Shown: positions 1 through 10,074 of the stretch, piece after piece | Numbering within the stretch: position 1 is the first letter of the stretch | Layout: each line of letters starts with the position of its first letter | Assembly (NCBI GenBank): GCA_963822965.1 | Contig: CAWGJT010000006.1 | Location: 224,001 to 288,000, forward strand | Source: an uncultured delta proteobacterium | GTDB lineage: Bacteria > Myxococcota_A > UBA9160 > UBA4427 | Direction: 5' to 3' | DNA length: 64,000 bases | Notes under the pieces: model-generated | Seen by the model: the letters and a program-made list of their open reading frames with translations, nothing else | Databases searched by the model: none | Told to the model about the DNA's origin: nothing | Program-made: the position numbers and the translations under genes

Positions 1-96
1 GATGCGGTGCTGCATCTGCCACGACCAGCTGGTCCAATCGGCCGGGTCGACGCCGGCGGGAACCGGAGCCGGGCGCACCCCACGCAGGGCGGTCAC
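1..96 (-). CDS. KamA-family radical SAM (lysine 2,3-aminomutase-like) protein, N-terminus only (runs off window edge)
   Basis: Reverse strand from GTG at 96 reads MTALRGVRPAPVPAGVDPADWTSWSWQMQHRI, matching the W-x2-W-x-WQ-x3-RI start of KamA proteins; GTGA overlap with the stop of the upstream ATP-grasp gene. Confidence 0.7.
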   Translation of the reverse strand, partial: MTALRGVRPAPVPAGVDPADWTSWSWQMQHRI

Positions 97-1142
97 GGCG
101 CCGCCTTCCGGGCGACGCACGGGGCGCGCTCCGGCAGGCCCAGCCGGCGCAGCCCCCCCGCCAGCACCTCGGAGAGCAACGCTTCCAGGGAGCGTCCCTC
201 GAGCTCCGCCAGGATCGCGAAGGTGCCGTCCACCGCGAACGTCGGCAGCGGATTGATCTCCAGGAAGACCGGCTCGCCGGAGGCGTCGAGGCGGAAGTCG
301 CAGCGGGCGAAGTCCCGGCACTCCAGGGCCTCGAAGACCCACAGGGCCAGGTCCTGCAGGCATTCTTCGAGGGCGGGCGAGAGGTCGCCCGCCAGCCGGT
401 GGCCGCCCCCTTCGCCGTGGACCTCGAGGGCATGCAGGCCGATCCCGCTGCGTGCGTCGAGCGCGCGCTGGAGCACCGGCAAGGGCCGCGGAGGGTCGTT
501 GCCCACCACGGCCACGGTGTACTCCGCGCCCGGCACGAAGCCCTCCACGAGGGCCGGCTGCGCGTAGTCGGCCGCGACGCGCGCCACCTCGCGCACCAGC
601 GCCTCCCGGTCCTCGACCCGGGAGCTGGTGCGGATCCCCTTGGCGCTGCCCTCCCAGCGAGGCTTCACGAAGAGCGGAAACGCGAGCCAGTACTCCTCGA
701 GGCGCAGGCTCCGCGCGTCGTCGGCGCTTGCCAGCACGCACTGGGGCGCCACCGGGACGCCGGCAGCGGCCACCGCCCGGTTCGTCCAGGCCTTGTCGAG
801 GCTGGTGGACAGGCTGAGCGCGTCCGAGCCCAGCAGCGGGACGCCCGCCATCTCGAGGAGCACCGGCGCCCAGGCCTCCCGATTTCGCGAGCCGAAGCCT
901 TCGGCGATGTTGAGGGCCGCGTCGACGCCGAGCGGAGCGCTCCCGGCGACGCGCGCGAGTAGCTCGTGGGGGCTTCCGAGGCGGACGGGTTCGTGGCCAA
1001 GCGCCCGGATCGCGGCCTCGAGCGCCGCGACGGTGCTCTCGGGCTCGTACTCGACGTGGGCGTCCGACGGCTCCGCGGGCCGCCGCGGGTAGGTGTCGAA
1101 GGTCTCGAAGACGATGCCGATCGTGAGCGCACGCTCTTCCAT
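93..1142 (-). CDS. D-Ala-D-Ala ligase-like ATP-grasp enzyme
   Basis: C-terminal part of ORF 93..2342; MEERALTIGIVF, NIAEG..REA, FVKPRWEGSAKGI, ARCDFRLD..FLEINPLP. Confidence 0.85.
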   Translation of the reverse strand: MEERALTIGIVFETFDTYPRRPAEPSDAHVEYEPESTVAALEAAIRALGHEPVRLGSPHELLARVAGSAPLGVDAALNIAEGFGSRNREAWAPVLLEMAGVPLLGSDALSLSTSLDKAWTNRAVAAAGVPVAPQCVLASADDARSLRLEEYWLAFPLFVKPRWEGSAKGIRTSSRVEDREALVREVARVAADYAQPALVEGFVPGAEYTVAVVGNDPPRPLPVLQRALDARSGIGLHALEVHGEGGGHRLAGDLSPALEECLQDLALWVFEALECRDFARCDFRLDASGEPVFLEINPLPTFAVDGTFAILAELEGRSLEALLSEVLAGGLRRLGLPERAPCVARKAAP

Positions 1143-1274
1143 GGAAGGGCAAGGATAACGTGCCCGGAGCGCCTGCCGGTGCCGGGCCGGCTTCGGAAGC
1201 GGTCCCGCGCTGCGGGCGGACGCGGCGATTCGGTATAACGTCGCGACCGTCCCACCCCCTGTGCGAGGCGCGCG

Positions 1275-2948
1275 ATGAACGCAGCCGTGCTGGCCCTGAT
1301 CGTCGTGGCGATGTTCGCCGTCGGCTACCGCTACTACGCGGGCTTCCTCTCCCGGCGGGTCTTCGGCCTGTCCGCGGACGAGCCCGTGCCGGCGCGCCAG
1401 CACGAGGACGGCATCGACTACGTGCCCACCCGCGTCGAGGTGCTCTGGGGGCACCACTTCGCCTCGATCGCCGGGGCCGCACCGATCGTGGGCCCCGCCA
1501 TCGCGGTCATCTGGGGCTGGCTTCCGGCCCTGGTCTGGGTGGGGCTGGGAACCATCTTCATGGGCGCCACCCACGACTTCGCGGCCCTCGTGATCAGCCT
1601 GCGCAATCGCGGCCGTTCCATCGGCGAGATCGCGGGCAGCGTCGTCAACAAACGCACGCGCACCCTCTTCCTGCTGATCATCTCGTTCCTCATCTGGGTC
1701 GTGCTCGCCGTCTTCGCCTTCATCATCGGGACGCTCTTCAAGTCGAACCCGGGATCGATCTTCCCCATCAACATCCAGATCATCGTGTCCATGCTCATCG
1801 GGTGGCTGATCTACAAGCGCCAGTCGGGACTGCTGGCGCCCTCGCTGGTGGGCTACGCGCTGCTGCTGGGAGCCATCTTCTACGGGGACGCCGTCGCCCG
1901 GGCCTTCCCGGTGCTGGGCGAGATCTCGGTGCTCACCTGGGTGTGGCTGCTGCTCATCTACTCGTTCGCCGCCTCGGTGCTGCCGGTGTGGCTGCTGCTG
2001 CAGCCGCGCGACTACCTGAACTCCCACCAGCTGGTCACGGGGCTGGTGGTGCTCACCCTCGGCCTCGTCTTCCTGCACCCCACCATCGTGGCGCCCGCGG
2101 TCGATCTGCATCCACCGGGCGCGCCGCCCCTGTTTCCCTTCCTGTTCGTGACGATCGCCTGTGGCGCCATCTCGGGCTTCCACGGCCTGGTCGCCTCGGG
2201 CACCACCTCGAAGCAGGTGGGACGCATGACCGATGCACGCCCCATCGGCTACGGCGCGATGCTCGCCGAGGGCAGCCTCGGAATGCTGGCGGTGATGGCG
2301 GCGACGGCCGGCTTCGCGAGCACCGCGGAGTGGCACGTCCACTATGCGAGCTGGGGCGCCGCCAACGGCCTGGCCGCCAAGCTCGGCGCCTTCGTGAACG
2401 GTGGCGCGACCTTCGTCGCGGTCCTGGGAATTCCCGTGGAGGCCGCCCGCACCTTCATGGCGGTGATCGTGATCGCCTTCGCGGCGACGTCCCTCGACAC
2501 GGGCGCCCGTATCCAGCGCCTGGTGATCGCCGAGCTGGCCGAATCCTATGGGGTGCGGCCCCTCACGAACCGCTACCTGGCGAGCGCGTTGGGGATCGCG
2601 GCGGCGCTGCTGCTGGCGGTCACCCAGGCCAGCGGCGAGGGCGGCCTCGCCCTGTGGCCGCTGTTCGGAACCACCAACCAGCTGGTCGCCGGGGTCACCC
2701 TGCTGGTGGTGTCCGTGTGGCTCAAGAAGACGGGGCGCCCCATCGCCTACACGCTCGTCCCGATGGCCCTCGTCGCCTCGGTGACGATCTGGGCCATGCT
2801 CGGCAACCTGCTCGAGTACTTCGACGACTTCCAGCAGATGTGGCTGCTGGCGATCAGCGGCAGCCTGATCCTCGTGTTCGACGTCTGGATCCTGATCGAG
2901 GGGCTGCGCCTGATCGTCGCCCCGCGCCGCGTCCCCGCCGCGGCCTGA
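1275..2948 (+). CDS. cstA: Carbon starvation protein A (peptide/pyruvate transporter)
   Basis: DGIDYVPT, GHHFASIAGAAPIVGP, LLLQPRDYLN, IACGAISGFH motifs; many TM helices. Confidence 0.93.
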   Translation: MNAAVLALIVVAMFAVGYRYYAGFLSRRVFGLSADEPVPARQHEDGIDYVPTRVEVLWGHHFASIAGAAPIVGPAIAVIWGWLPALVWVGLGTIFMGATHDFAALVISLRNRGRSIGEIAGSVVNKRTRTLFLLIISFLIWVVLAVFAFIIGTLFKSNPGSIFPINIQIIVSMLIGWLIYKRQSGLLAPSLVGYALLLGAIFYGDAVARAFPVLGEISVLTWVWLLLIYSFAASVLPVWLLLQPRDYLNSHQLVTGLVVLTLGLVFLHPTIVAPAVDLHPPGAPPLFPFLFVTIACGAISGFHGLVASGTTSKQVGRMTDARPIGYGAMLAEGSLGMLAVMAATAGFASTAEWHVHYASWGAANGLAAKLGAFVNGGATFVAVLGIPVEAARTFMAVIVIAFAATSLDTGARIQRLVIAELAESYGVRPLTNRYLASALGIAAALLLAVTQASGEGGLALWPLFGTTNQLVAGVTLLVVSVWLKKTGRPIAYTLVPMALVASVTIWAMLGNLLEYFDDFQQMWLLAISGSLILVFDVWILIEGLRLIVAPRRVPAAA

Positions 2949-3002
2949 GGGTCGGGCTCCGGCCCCACGATTCCGTTGCGACGCGAGCCGACCGTCCCGG
3001 TT

Positions 3003-3569
3003 CTAGGTGCGGCGGATCTCCTCGAGGCGGGTCTCGAGCAGATCGAGGTTCGCGGGGGCGGCGCCCGGGACGAGGGCCCGGATGACGCCCAGGTGCACCA
3101 CCAGCAGCAGGTCGGTCTCCGGGTGCCGCAGCCCGAGGGCGATCACGGCCCGCCGCACCCGGCCGCGCGCATCGCGCCGGGACTCGCCGCCGCCCGCCCG
3201 GGCGTCCGGGTCCTCGGATTCGAAGGCCAGCAGGGCCTCGGGATCGCGGGCGGCGATCTCGTCCCGGGTGAGCCCCGACCAGCGGCCCACGTCGATCTCC
3301 CGCAGCGCGGGCAGCCGCGTGGGCTGCTGGCCCAGGAGCGCGCCGATGAACGCCGACGTCTCGACGGCCCGCTGCAGGTCGCTGCACACGAGCCGGACGG
3401 GCCGGCCGCTCTGCGACACCTGCGCCACCACCGCCTCGGCCCGCGCTGCCGCGGCCTTCCGTCCCGCCTCGGACAGCGGGGGATCACCGTGGCCCTGCCA
3501 GCGGCGCGCGGCGTTCCAAAGCGACTCCGCGTGACGCAGCAGCCAGATGCAGGGCCCGTCGTCCACCAC
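3003..3569 (-). CDS. Histidine phosphatase (phosphoglycerate mutase family)
   Basis: LLRHAESLWN..WQG, SDLQRA, LREIDVGRWSG, VVHLGVIR; start assumed at GTG 3569. Confidence 0.85.
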   Translation of the reverse strand: MVDDGPCIWLLRHAESLWNAARRWQGHGDPPLSEAGRKAAAARAEAVVAQVSQSGRPVRLVCSDLQRAVETSAFIGALLGQQPTRLPALREIDVGRWSGLTRDEIAARDPEALLAFESEDPDARAGGGESRRDARGRVRRAVIALGLRHPETDLLLVVHLGVIRALVPGAAPANLDLLETRLEEIRRT

Positions 3570-3580
3570 GAACCGGCTCG

Positions 3581-4237
3581 CTAGCGCGCCCAGCGGCGCA
3601 TCGCCGGGACCAGCCAGGCGCTGAGTCCGGCCGCGAGCAGGATCGGCGTCGCGGTGTGCGCGCACAGCACGTGGAAGGCGCTCGTGGCCGGGCAGATGAG
3701 GTGGACGATCAGCGCACCCGCCGCGCCGCCGCCCAGCAGCACGGCGACGACCGTGAGCCCCGGGCGGCCCGCCCAGCCCCGGGCCGCGGCGACGAGCGCC
3801 GCCGCGACGGGGAGACCGGCGAACAGGGCGCCGTGCCAGAGGCAGACGAGGTTCTGCTGCAGCGACGTCGCGGGCCCCGTCCCTCCCCACACGGTCCCGC
3901 CCGCGGCCACCGCGACGGCGAGGGCGAGCCCCAGCAGCCCGATCCCGGCGGCCCCGCGCTCCAGCGCCTCGCGGCCCGGCACCACCGACGCCAGCGCCGT
4001 CGTGCAGGCGCCGACGACGGCCAGCGCGAGCCCCAGGAGCACACCGCTGAACGCCAGGCTCCGCAGGGACTCCACGCGATGGGCGGGCAGGCCGTAGGCG
4101 CCGACCGCCACGACCGCGACGAGCGCGGACACCGCGAGCAGCCACCCGAGCGTCCGTCCGATGGGCGCGATCGGGCGCACCGGCTGGAGCCCGGTCACCA
4201 GCTGCTCGATCAGATCCCGCGACGGATCGCTCGTCAT
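3581..4237 (-). CDS. NrsF-family (DUF1109) membrane anti-sigma factor
   Basis: LIEQLVTGLQPVRP N-terminus, about 6 TM helices, conserved Cys in LVCL and HLICP...HVLCAH; ATGA-coupled to the ECF sigma. Confidence 0.8.
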   Translation of the reverse strand: MTSDPSRDLIEQLVTGLQPVRPIAPIGRTLGWLLAVSALVAVVAVGAYGLPAHRVESLRSLAFSGVLLGLALAVVGACTTALASVVPGREALERGAAGIGLLGLALAVAVAAGGTVWGGTGPATSLQQNLVCLWHGALFAGLPVAAALVAAARGWAGRPGLTVVAVLLGGGAAGALIVHLICPATSAFHVLCAHTATPILLAAGLSAWLVPAMRRWAR

Positions 4238-4860
4238 CGTCGCAACCGCCCTTCGCTGCTCTCGAGCTTCGCTCGCAGGGCCCGGTAGCCGCGATGCGCG
4301 CGCACCTTGAGGGCGCCCGGGGAGACGCCGGCCCGCAGCGCGGCCTCGGCCACCGACAGGCCGTGGAGGTGGATCAGCTCGACGGCTTCCCGCTGGTTGG
4401 CGGGCAGCGCCGCCAGTGCGGCGGCCAGCGGGCCCGCCAGCTCGTCCGAGCCCGGCTCGCGATCGGCCGACGGATGGGCGAACAGATCGGGCTCCTCGAC
4501 GGCCAGCTCGCGCCGGGTGCGGCGACCCCGCTCGCGGAACCAATCGATCATGCAGTGGCGCACCACGGTGCGCATCCAGGGCCCGAACGGTCGCTCGGGT
4601 CGGTAGGTGTGGCGCCCGCGATGGATCGCGATCAGCGCATTCTGCACCACGTCCTCCGCGTCGGCGGGAGCGGAGATCCGGCTCCGCACCTGCCTTCGCA
4701 CGAAGGGCAGCACGTCCTCCAGGAGCATCCGGTAGGCATCCTGATCGCCCGCCTGAGCCGCGGCCATGGCGGCACCCCAACGATCCTCGCCGTCGGCGGG
4801 CCCGGACGCGTCGGCGGCCGCAACGCCCCGCTCCGGATCGCCACTGCCTTCGTAGGCCAC
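4234..4860 (-). CDS. ECF RNA polymerase sigma factor (SigF/ECF16-like); true start may be downstream (e.g. ATG 4767)
   Basis: AQAGDQDAY, DAEDVVQ..IHRGRHTY.PERPFGPW, LPANQREAVEL, ALKVRAHRG. Confidence 0.88.
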   Translation of the reverse strand: MAYEGSGDPERGVAAADASGPADGEDRWGAAMAAAQAGDQDAYRMLLEDVLPFVRRQVRSRISAPADAEDVVQNALIAIHRGRHTYRPERPFGPWMRTVVRHCMIDWFRERGRRTRRELAVEEPDLFAHPSADREPGSDELAGPLAAALAALPANQREAVELIHLHGLSVAEAALRAGVSPGALKVRAHRGYRALRAKLESSEGRLRR

Positions 4861-4861
4861 C

Positions 4862-4887
4862 TACGCTCCCGTGCTGCAGTCGGTTAC
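4862..4887 (-). promoter_or_regulatory. ECF-type promoter GTAACC-N16-CGTA (likely autoregulatory)
   Basis: Minus strand GTAACC GACTGCAGCACGGGAG CGTA directly upstream of the sigma/NrsF pair. Confidence 0.65.
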
Positions 4888-5014
4888 GGGGATCTCGCCG
4901 GCGATCACGGCCAGCCGGTGCGGGCCCGAATCCGGCGGAGGGCAAGCATAGACGATCGCGGGAAGCGGCCGATTCCAGCAGCTTCGTCCTCGGGCTTCGT
5001 TACCATGCGCGCCG

Positions 5015-6436
5015 ATGGCCGAACCGACCTGGCTCTCCCTGCTGCCGGCGCTCGTGACGATCGGCCTCGCGTTCGGCACGCGCCAGGTGATTCCCTCCCT
5101 GCTCGCGGGCATCCTGACGGGGTCCGCGGTGCTCTTCGCCGACAGCGGCGACCTCGCGGACCTCAATCCCATCAGCCGGCTCTTCCTGCCCGCCCTGGGC
5201 TCCGAGTCCTACGCCCAGATCCTGCTCATCTATCTCTGGTGCCTCGGCGGCCTGATCGGCTTGTGGGGGCACACGGGCGCGGCCCGACACTTCGCCCACT
5301 GGGTGGGCGACCAGCTCTCGGGCAGCCGCCGCTCGTCGCTCTTCTTCGCCTGGGTCCTCGGGTGCGTATTCCACCAGGGCGGCACGGTGAGCACGGTGCT
5401 GACCGGCTCCACCGTAAAGCCCGTGGCCGACACCAACGGAGTGAGCCACGAAGAGCTCTCCTACATCGTGGACTCGACCTCCTCGCCCGTCGCGACCATC
5501 CTGCCCTTCAACGCCTGGCCGGCCTTCGTCGCCGGGCTGGTGGCCGGAACGGTCCCCGTGATCGCGGATTCCGCTGCGGGAACGCGCTTCTTCTTCGCTT
5601 CCATCTGGTACAACTTCTACGCCTGGTTCGCGGTGATCTCGACGCTGCTCTTCTCCCTCGGGCTGCTCCCCTGGGTGGGCGGGGCGATGGCGCGAGCGAG
5701 GGAACGGGCCATCGGCCAGGGCCGACTCGACGGTCCCGACGCCCGCCCGATGCTGGTGGGCTCGGGCGAGCCCGAGGGCCACGCCGTGGAGGGCTACACG
5801 CCCCGGCTGTCGGACTTCCTGGTGCCCCTCGGGCTGCTGCTCTCCATCAGCGTGATTCCGATCCTGCTCGGCGGGGCCAGCCGCATCAACGAGGCCTTCG
5901 CGATCGCCGTGCTGGCGGCCATGGTGCTCGCCGCCGTTCACGGGATGCGGCTGGACGACATCCTCGACGGCTTCGTCACGGGCTGCAGCCGCATGACGAT
6001 CGGGGCCATCGTGCTCGGCCTGGCGGTCACCATCGGGACGGTCTCCCGGGAGCTGCACACGGCGGACTACCTGGTGAGCACCGTGGGCCAGGGACTGCCC
6101 CCGCTGCTGCTGCCGGCCCTCCTCATGGGCCTGTGCATGCTGATCGCCTTCGCGACGGGCACCTCGTGGGGGACGTATGCGGTGGTCTTCCCGATCGCGA
6201 TGCCGCTGGCCTGGGCCATGCAGCCCGACGTGGCCTACCTCGAGGTGTGCTTCGGCGCCGTGCTCGGCGGCGCGGTCTTCGGCGACCAGTGCTCTCCCAT
6301 CTCCGACACCACGATCCTGTCGAGCATGTTCACCGGCTGCGATCTGATGGATCACGTGCGCACCCAGCTTCCCATGGCCCTGGCCGCAGCCGGCCTGGCC
6401 GCACTCACCTCGACGCTCGTCGCGGCGATCGTCTGA
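5015..6436 (+). CDS. Na+/H+ antiporter NhaC-family membrane transporter
   Basis: WLSLLPAL, SHEELSYIVDSTSSP, AFATGTSWGT, GAVFGDQCSPISDTTILSS..GCD..HVRTQ. Confidence 0.88.
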   Translation: MAEPTWLSLLPALVTIGLAFGTRQVIPSLLAGILTGSAVLFADSGDLADLNPISRLFLPALGSESYAQILLIYLWCLGGLIGLWGHTGAARHFAHWVGDQLSGSRRSSLFFAWVLGCVFHQGGTVSTVLTGSTVKPVADTNGVSHEELSYIVDSTSSPVATILPFNAWPAFVAGLVAGTVPVIADSAAGTRFFFASIWYNFYAWFAVISTLLFSLGLLPWVGGAMARARERAIGQGRLDGPDARPMLVGSGEPEGHAVEGYTPRLSDFLVPLGLLLSISVIPILLGGASRINEAFAIAVLAAMVLAAVHGMRLDDILDGFVTGCSRMTIGAIVLGLAVTIGTVSRELHTADYLVSTVGQGLPPLLLPALLMGLCMLIAFATGTSWGTYAVVFPIAMPLAWAMQPDVAYLEVCFGAVLGGAVFGDQCSPISDTTILSSMFTGCDLMDHVRTQLPMALAAAGLAALTSTLVAAIV

Positions 6437-6553
6437 GCGCTCTCCGCGCGCGGTACCGGCCGCGAGCCGCCCCGACACCTGCCGCAAAAGCACCCCGCTT
6501 GCTGCCACAAAGCTCCCTGCCCGCCCACTGATTACCGGGGGGCGGGGGCCGAT

Positions 6554-6856
6554 GTGGATCGTCGCCGTTTCGATCATCTCTACGAGGAGCTCTCGGTGGC
6601 CCTCGGCCAGCTCGTGCCGCGTTATGCGCTCTGGCTGCACATGGCCGAGGTGGGGCTCGACCCCGAGCGGCTGTCCCGGGTGGACGCGACGCGCTTCTGC
6701 CGGGACCACCTGGCGGGCTTCCTGGCCTCCCAGCGCCTGATCCTTCCGGAGCGCCAGGCGCGCCGCCTGGGCCGGCGCATGGCGCGCTTCGACCCGTGCC
6801 ATCCCACCCCCTACGAGCACATGGCGCGCCTGGGCGAGCGACCCGGACCCCGCTGA
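6554..6856 (+). CDS. Hypothetical protein (100 aa)
   Basis: Fills the gap between nhaC and the PilZ gene; GC3-biased codons; normal composition. Confidence 0.6.
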   Translation: MDRRRFDHLYEELSVALGQLVPRYALWLHMAEVGLDPERLSRVDATRFCRDHLAGFLASQRLILPERQARRLGRRMARFDPCHPTPYEHMARLGERPGPR

Positions 6857-6942
6857 GCAGACGCCCCCTTTCCCCCCGGGCTACGCGTTCCGCCCCTCAA
6901 GGTCCTGCGGGCGGCCACCGATCCGATCCGGCGGGGGGCTTC

Positions 6943-7683
6943 ATGTTCAACCGCGGATGCGTCGCGAATCCGGTCATGCTGATCGAGGGCTTTCCGGGCC
7001 AGTTCAACGATCTGGCGCGACGGATCCGTCTGCAGGGCGCGGAGCCCGTGACGGCCGACGGTCTCGCCGACGCCACGATCCTGATGCCCATCGGCGAGCA
7101 GGGCGTCGCGGCCGTGCTGCTGGATGCCGGCCTGGCCAGCCGCGCCCTCAAGAAGGAGGTCTCGCGGCTGCGCGCGGCGGCGGGCTCCCTCGAGCTCTTC
7201 CTGCTGGCCGTGGGCCAGCCCGCGTCTTCGGCCGGTCGCAAGAAGCTTCGCGCCGCAGGCATCCGCTACGCCCTGTGGGAGCCCTTCGACGACGCGGTCC
7301 TCCGCTTCCAGCTCAACCGGGCGTGGAACGCGGACCGGGACGACCACAAGCGCGCCAGCCCGCGCATTCCCACCTACCTGCACGCGCAGATCGGCGGCAC
7401 CCAGCGCGTGAAGGACGGCGTGGTGTACAGCCTGTCGCTGCAGGGGGCGTTCGTGGAGACCTCCCGCGCCTCCATGTCCGGCGCGGTGGTCGACATCGCC
7501 ATCCGGCTGCCCGGCTGCTTCATCGAGACCAAGGCCCGGGTCGTCTTCGCCAACGTACCGGGCAACCTGCAGCGGCCGAACCTTCCCCTGGGCATGGCCG
7601 TGCGCTTCGAGCGTCTCGACTCGGACACCGAGCGCAAGCTCAAGTCCTACGTGAAGGATCGCATGGCCCAGCTCGAGGTCTGA
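6943..7683 (+). CDS. PilZ-domain protein with degenerate receiver-like N-terminus
   Basis: RxxxR motif (KRASPR), SLSLQGAFV, GMAVRFERL; N-terminal beta/alpha pattern (AVLLDAG). Confidence 0.78.
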   Translation: MFNRGCVANPVMLIEGFPGQFNDLARRIRLQGAEPVTADGLADATILMPIGEQGVAAVLLDAGLASRALKKEVSRLRAAAGSLELFLLAVGQPASSAGRKKLRAAGIRYALWEPFDDAVLRFQLNRAWNADRDDHKRASPRIPTYLHAQIGGTQRVKDGVVYSLSLQGAFVETSRASMSGAVVDIAIRLPGCFIETKARVVFANVPGNLQRPNLPLGMAVRFERLDSDTERKLKSYVKDRMAQLEV

Positions 7684-8299
7684 GCGGGGCGAGGCGCTGC
7701 GGCAGCCCGAAGAGCGCCCGTAGCGCCCGGGCCCGGTGGGAGATCTCGTTCTTCGTCTCCTGCGACAGCTCCGCCAGGGAGAGGTCGTAGCCGTCGGGCT
7801 GGAAGATCGGGTCGTAGCCGAAGCCGCCTCGCCCGCGCGGCGCCTCCAGGAGGCTTCCGGCGCACTCGCCCCGGGCGGTGGTGACGGCTCCGTCGGGCGC
7901 GGCGAGCGCCATGTGGCACACGAACCGGGCCCGCCGGCTCGCACCCGAACGGGCCGCGAGCTCGCGCAGCAGGTACCGGCAGCGCCCGGCGTCGTCGAGC
8001 CCCTCGCCGCCGAACCGCGCCGAGTACGCACCCGGTGCGCCCCCGAGCGCCTCCACCTCGAGACCCGAGTCGTCTGCCAGCGCCCAGTCGCCGAGGCGGG
8101 CCGCCGCCGCGCGCGCCTTCGCCGCCGCGTTCTGCGCGTAGTCTCCGCCCTCTTCGGGGAAGTCCACCGGCACAAGCCCCTCGAGCCCGCACAGCACGAG
8201 ATCCCGATCCGCCAGGATGTCGGCGATCTCGCGCACCTTGCCGGGGTTGCTGGTGGCGATGACGACGCGCGCACCGGGGGGCAGGGAAGCCGTGGCCAC
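7640..8299 (-). CDS. rdgB: Non-canonical purine NTP pyrophosphatase (RdgB/HAM1)
   Basis: VIATSNPGKVRE, ADDSGLEVEALGGAPG.YSAR, GFGYDPIF, KNEISHRARA. Confidence 0.93.
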   Translation of the reverse strand: MATASLPPGARVVIATSNPGKVREIADILADRDLVLCGLEGLVPVDFPEEGGDYAQNAAAKARAAAARLGDWALADDSGLEVEALGGAPGAYSARFGGEGLDDAGRCRYLLRELAARSGASRRARFVCHMALAAPDGAVTTARGECAGSLLEAPRGRGGFGYDPIFQPDGYDLSLAELSQETKNEISHRARALRALFGLPQRLAPLRPRAGPCDPSRRT

Positions 8300-8307
8300 G
8301 CCGCCGC

Positions 8308-9039
8308 TCAGTGCGCGGCGGACGCGAGGGCGCTCTGCTGCAGGCGCCCCAGCTCCTCGATGCCGCGCAGGGCCAGGTCGGTCAGGGAACGCAGCTCGTC
8401 CGCGCTGAACGTCGCGCCCTCCCCCGTCCCCTGCACCTCGATGAAGCGGCCGCTCCCGGTGGCGACGACGTTCATGTCCACGTCGGCGCGGGCGTCCTCC
8501 TCGTACGGGAGGTCGAGGCGGACCTCGCCGTCGACGATGCCCACCGAGATGGCCGCCACCGAATCGCGCAGGGGATCGCGAGAGACGTCGCCCCGGGCAC
8601 GGAGTCGACGGCAGGCGATCGCCAGCGCCGTGTAGGCGCCGGTGATGGCGGCCGTCCTCGTCCCGCCGTCCGCCTGCAGGACGTCGCAGTCCACCCACAA
8701 CGTGCGTTCGCCGAGCGCCGGCAAGTCGGCGACCGCGCGCAGGCTGCGCCCGATGAGCCGCTGGATCTCCTGGGTGCGACCCGACACCTTGCCCCGGGTC
8801 GACTCGCGCTCGCTGCGGGTGTCCGTGCTGCCGGGCAACATGGCGTATTCGGCCGTGATCCAGCCCTGCCCGCTGCCGCGGAGCCAGCGCGGCACCGTCG
8901 CCTCCTCGGTAACGGTGCACAGCACCCGCGTGCGGCCCAGGCAGCACAGCACGCTGCCGAGGGGATTCTCGGTGAAGTCGAGCTGCAGCTCGACCGGCCG
9001 CAGCTCGTCGCTCCGGCGTCCGTCGCGTCTCGGCTTCAC
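8308..9039 (-). CDS. rph: Ribonuclease PH
   Basis: [51 protein letters not shown]. Confidence 0.96.
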   Translation of the reverse strand: MKPRRDGRRSDELRPVELQLDFTENPLGSVLCCLGRTRVLCTVTEEATVPRWLRGSGQGWITAEYAMLPGSTDTRSERESTRGKVSGRTQEIQRLIGRSLRAVADLPALGERTLWVDCDVLQADGGTRTAAITGAYTALAIACRRLRARGDVSRDPLRDSVAAISVGIVDGEVRLDLPYEEDARADVDMNVVATGSGRFIEVQGTGEGATFSADELRSLTDLALRGIEELGRLQQSALASAAH

Positions 9040-9935
9040 GGTGCCCTCTCTTCGCCCGGCTCGTCCGGCCCGCGCTTCGTCGTGAAGGCCGAGGAGCGCG
9101 CGTGCAGCTCGTCCGACCCCCACCGCGCCACGCCCCGGGTGCGATCGTAGTCCGCCCCGAAGGCGAGCACCGCCTTCGCGAGGGCGGTCGCGATGGCGTT
9201 CCGGTGCTTCGTCGTGCGCAGGGCCTTCTCGTCGGCGCGGTTGCTGAGAAAGCCGATCTCCACCAGCGCGGCCGGCATGCGCACGCCCATCAACACGACG
9301 AAGGGCGCCTGCTTGATGCCGCGCGAGGGAACGGGATCGACCCCGACCAGCTCGGCGTGAGCGAGCTTCGCGAACAGACTCGACTCTCGCACGTGCTCGT
9401 TGACGGCCATGTCGCCCAGGATCGCCGCCAGCGGATCGAGTCGCAGGGAGGCGGGCGCCGACGCGCCCAGCGCCTGGTTCTCCCGGTCGGCGAGCTCGCC
9501 GCTCCAGTCGTCGCTCGCCTCGAGCGACACGAAGTAGGTCTCGATGCCCCGAGGCTTCGGGCTGGGTGCGGAGTTCGCGTGGATCGAGAGAAAGAGATCG
9601 CCGCGGGCGTCATTCGCCACCGCGGTCCGCGTCTCCAGCGGCACGAAGCGATCCCCGTCGCGGGTGAGGACCACGCGGATTCCGTGGGCTCGGAGCTGCG
9701 CGGTGAGCCGACGGGCGACGTCGAGAACGATCTGCTTCTCCACGAGGCCGCTGGCGCCGCGCGCCCCCTCGTCCTCGCCGCCGTGGCCGGCGTCGACGAT
9801 CACCACGTCGAAGCGGTCGTGCGCGGGCTCGGGCTCGGAGCCCCGAGCGGTCGGCCCGGGTGCGACGAGCCAGAGCACGCCGCCCACGACGAGCGCTCGC
9901 AGAACGGAGACGTGGCATCTCGACGTCAAGCGCAC
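9036..9935 (-). CDS. N-acetylmuramoyl-L-alanine amidase (Amidase_3); start uncertain
   Basis: [44 protein letters not shown]. Confidence 0.92.
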   Translation of the reverse strand: MRLTSRCHVSVLRALVVGGVLWLVAPGPTARGSEPEPAHDRFDVVIVDAGHGGEDEGARGASGLVEKQIVLDVARRLTAQLRAHGIRVVLTRDGDRFVPLETRTAVANDARGDLFLSIHANSAPSPKPRGIETYFVSLEASDDWSGELADRENQALGASAPASLRLDPLAAILGDMAVNEHVRESSLFAKLAHAELVGVDPVPSRGIKQAPFVVLMGVRMPAALVEIGFLSNRADEKALRTTKHRNAIATALAKAVLAFGADYDRTRGVARWGSDELHARSSAFTTKRGPDEPGEERAP

Positions 9936-10074
9936 CCCCCGTCGCCGAGCTTACCACGCCCGCCCTCGGCGCCAGAGTCACGGCGAGCCCCCGCGGCGTC
10001 GCGACGAGACCGACCTGGCAGGCCGACCCAGGATGGGTCGACTTGCGCCGCAAGACTCGTCTTCGGTCGCGCTC

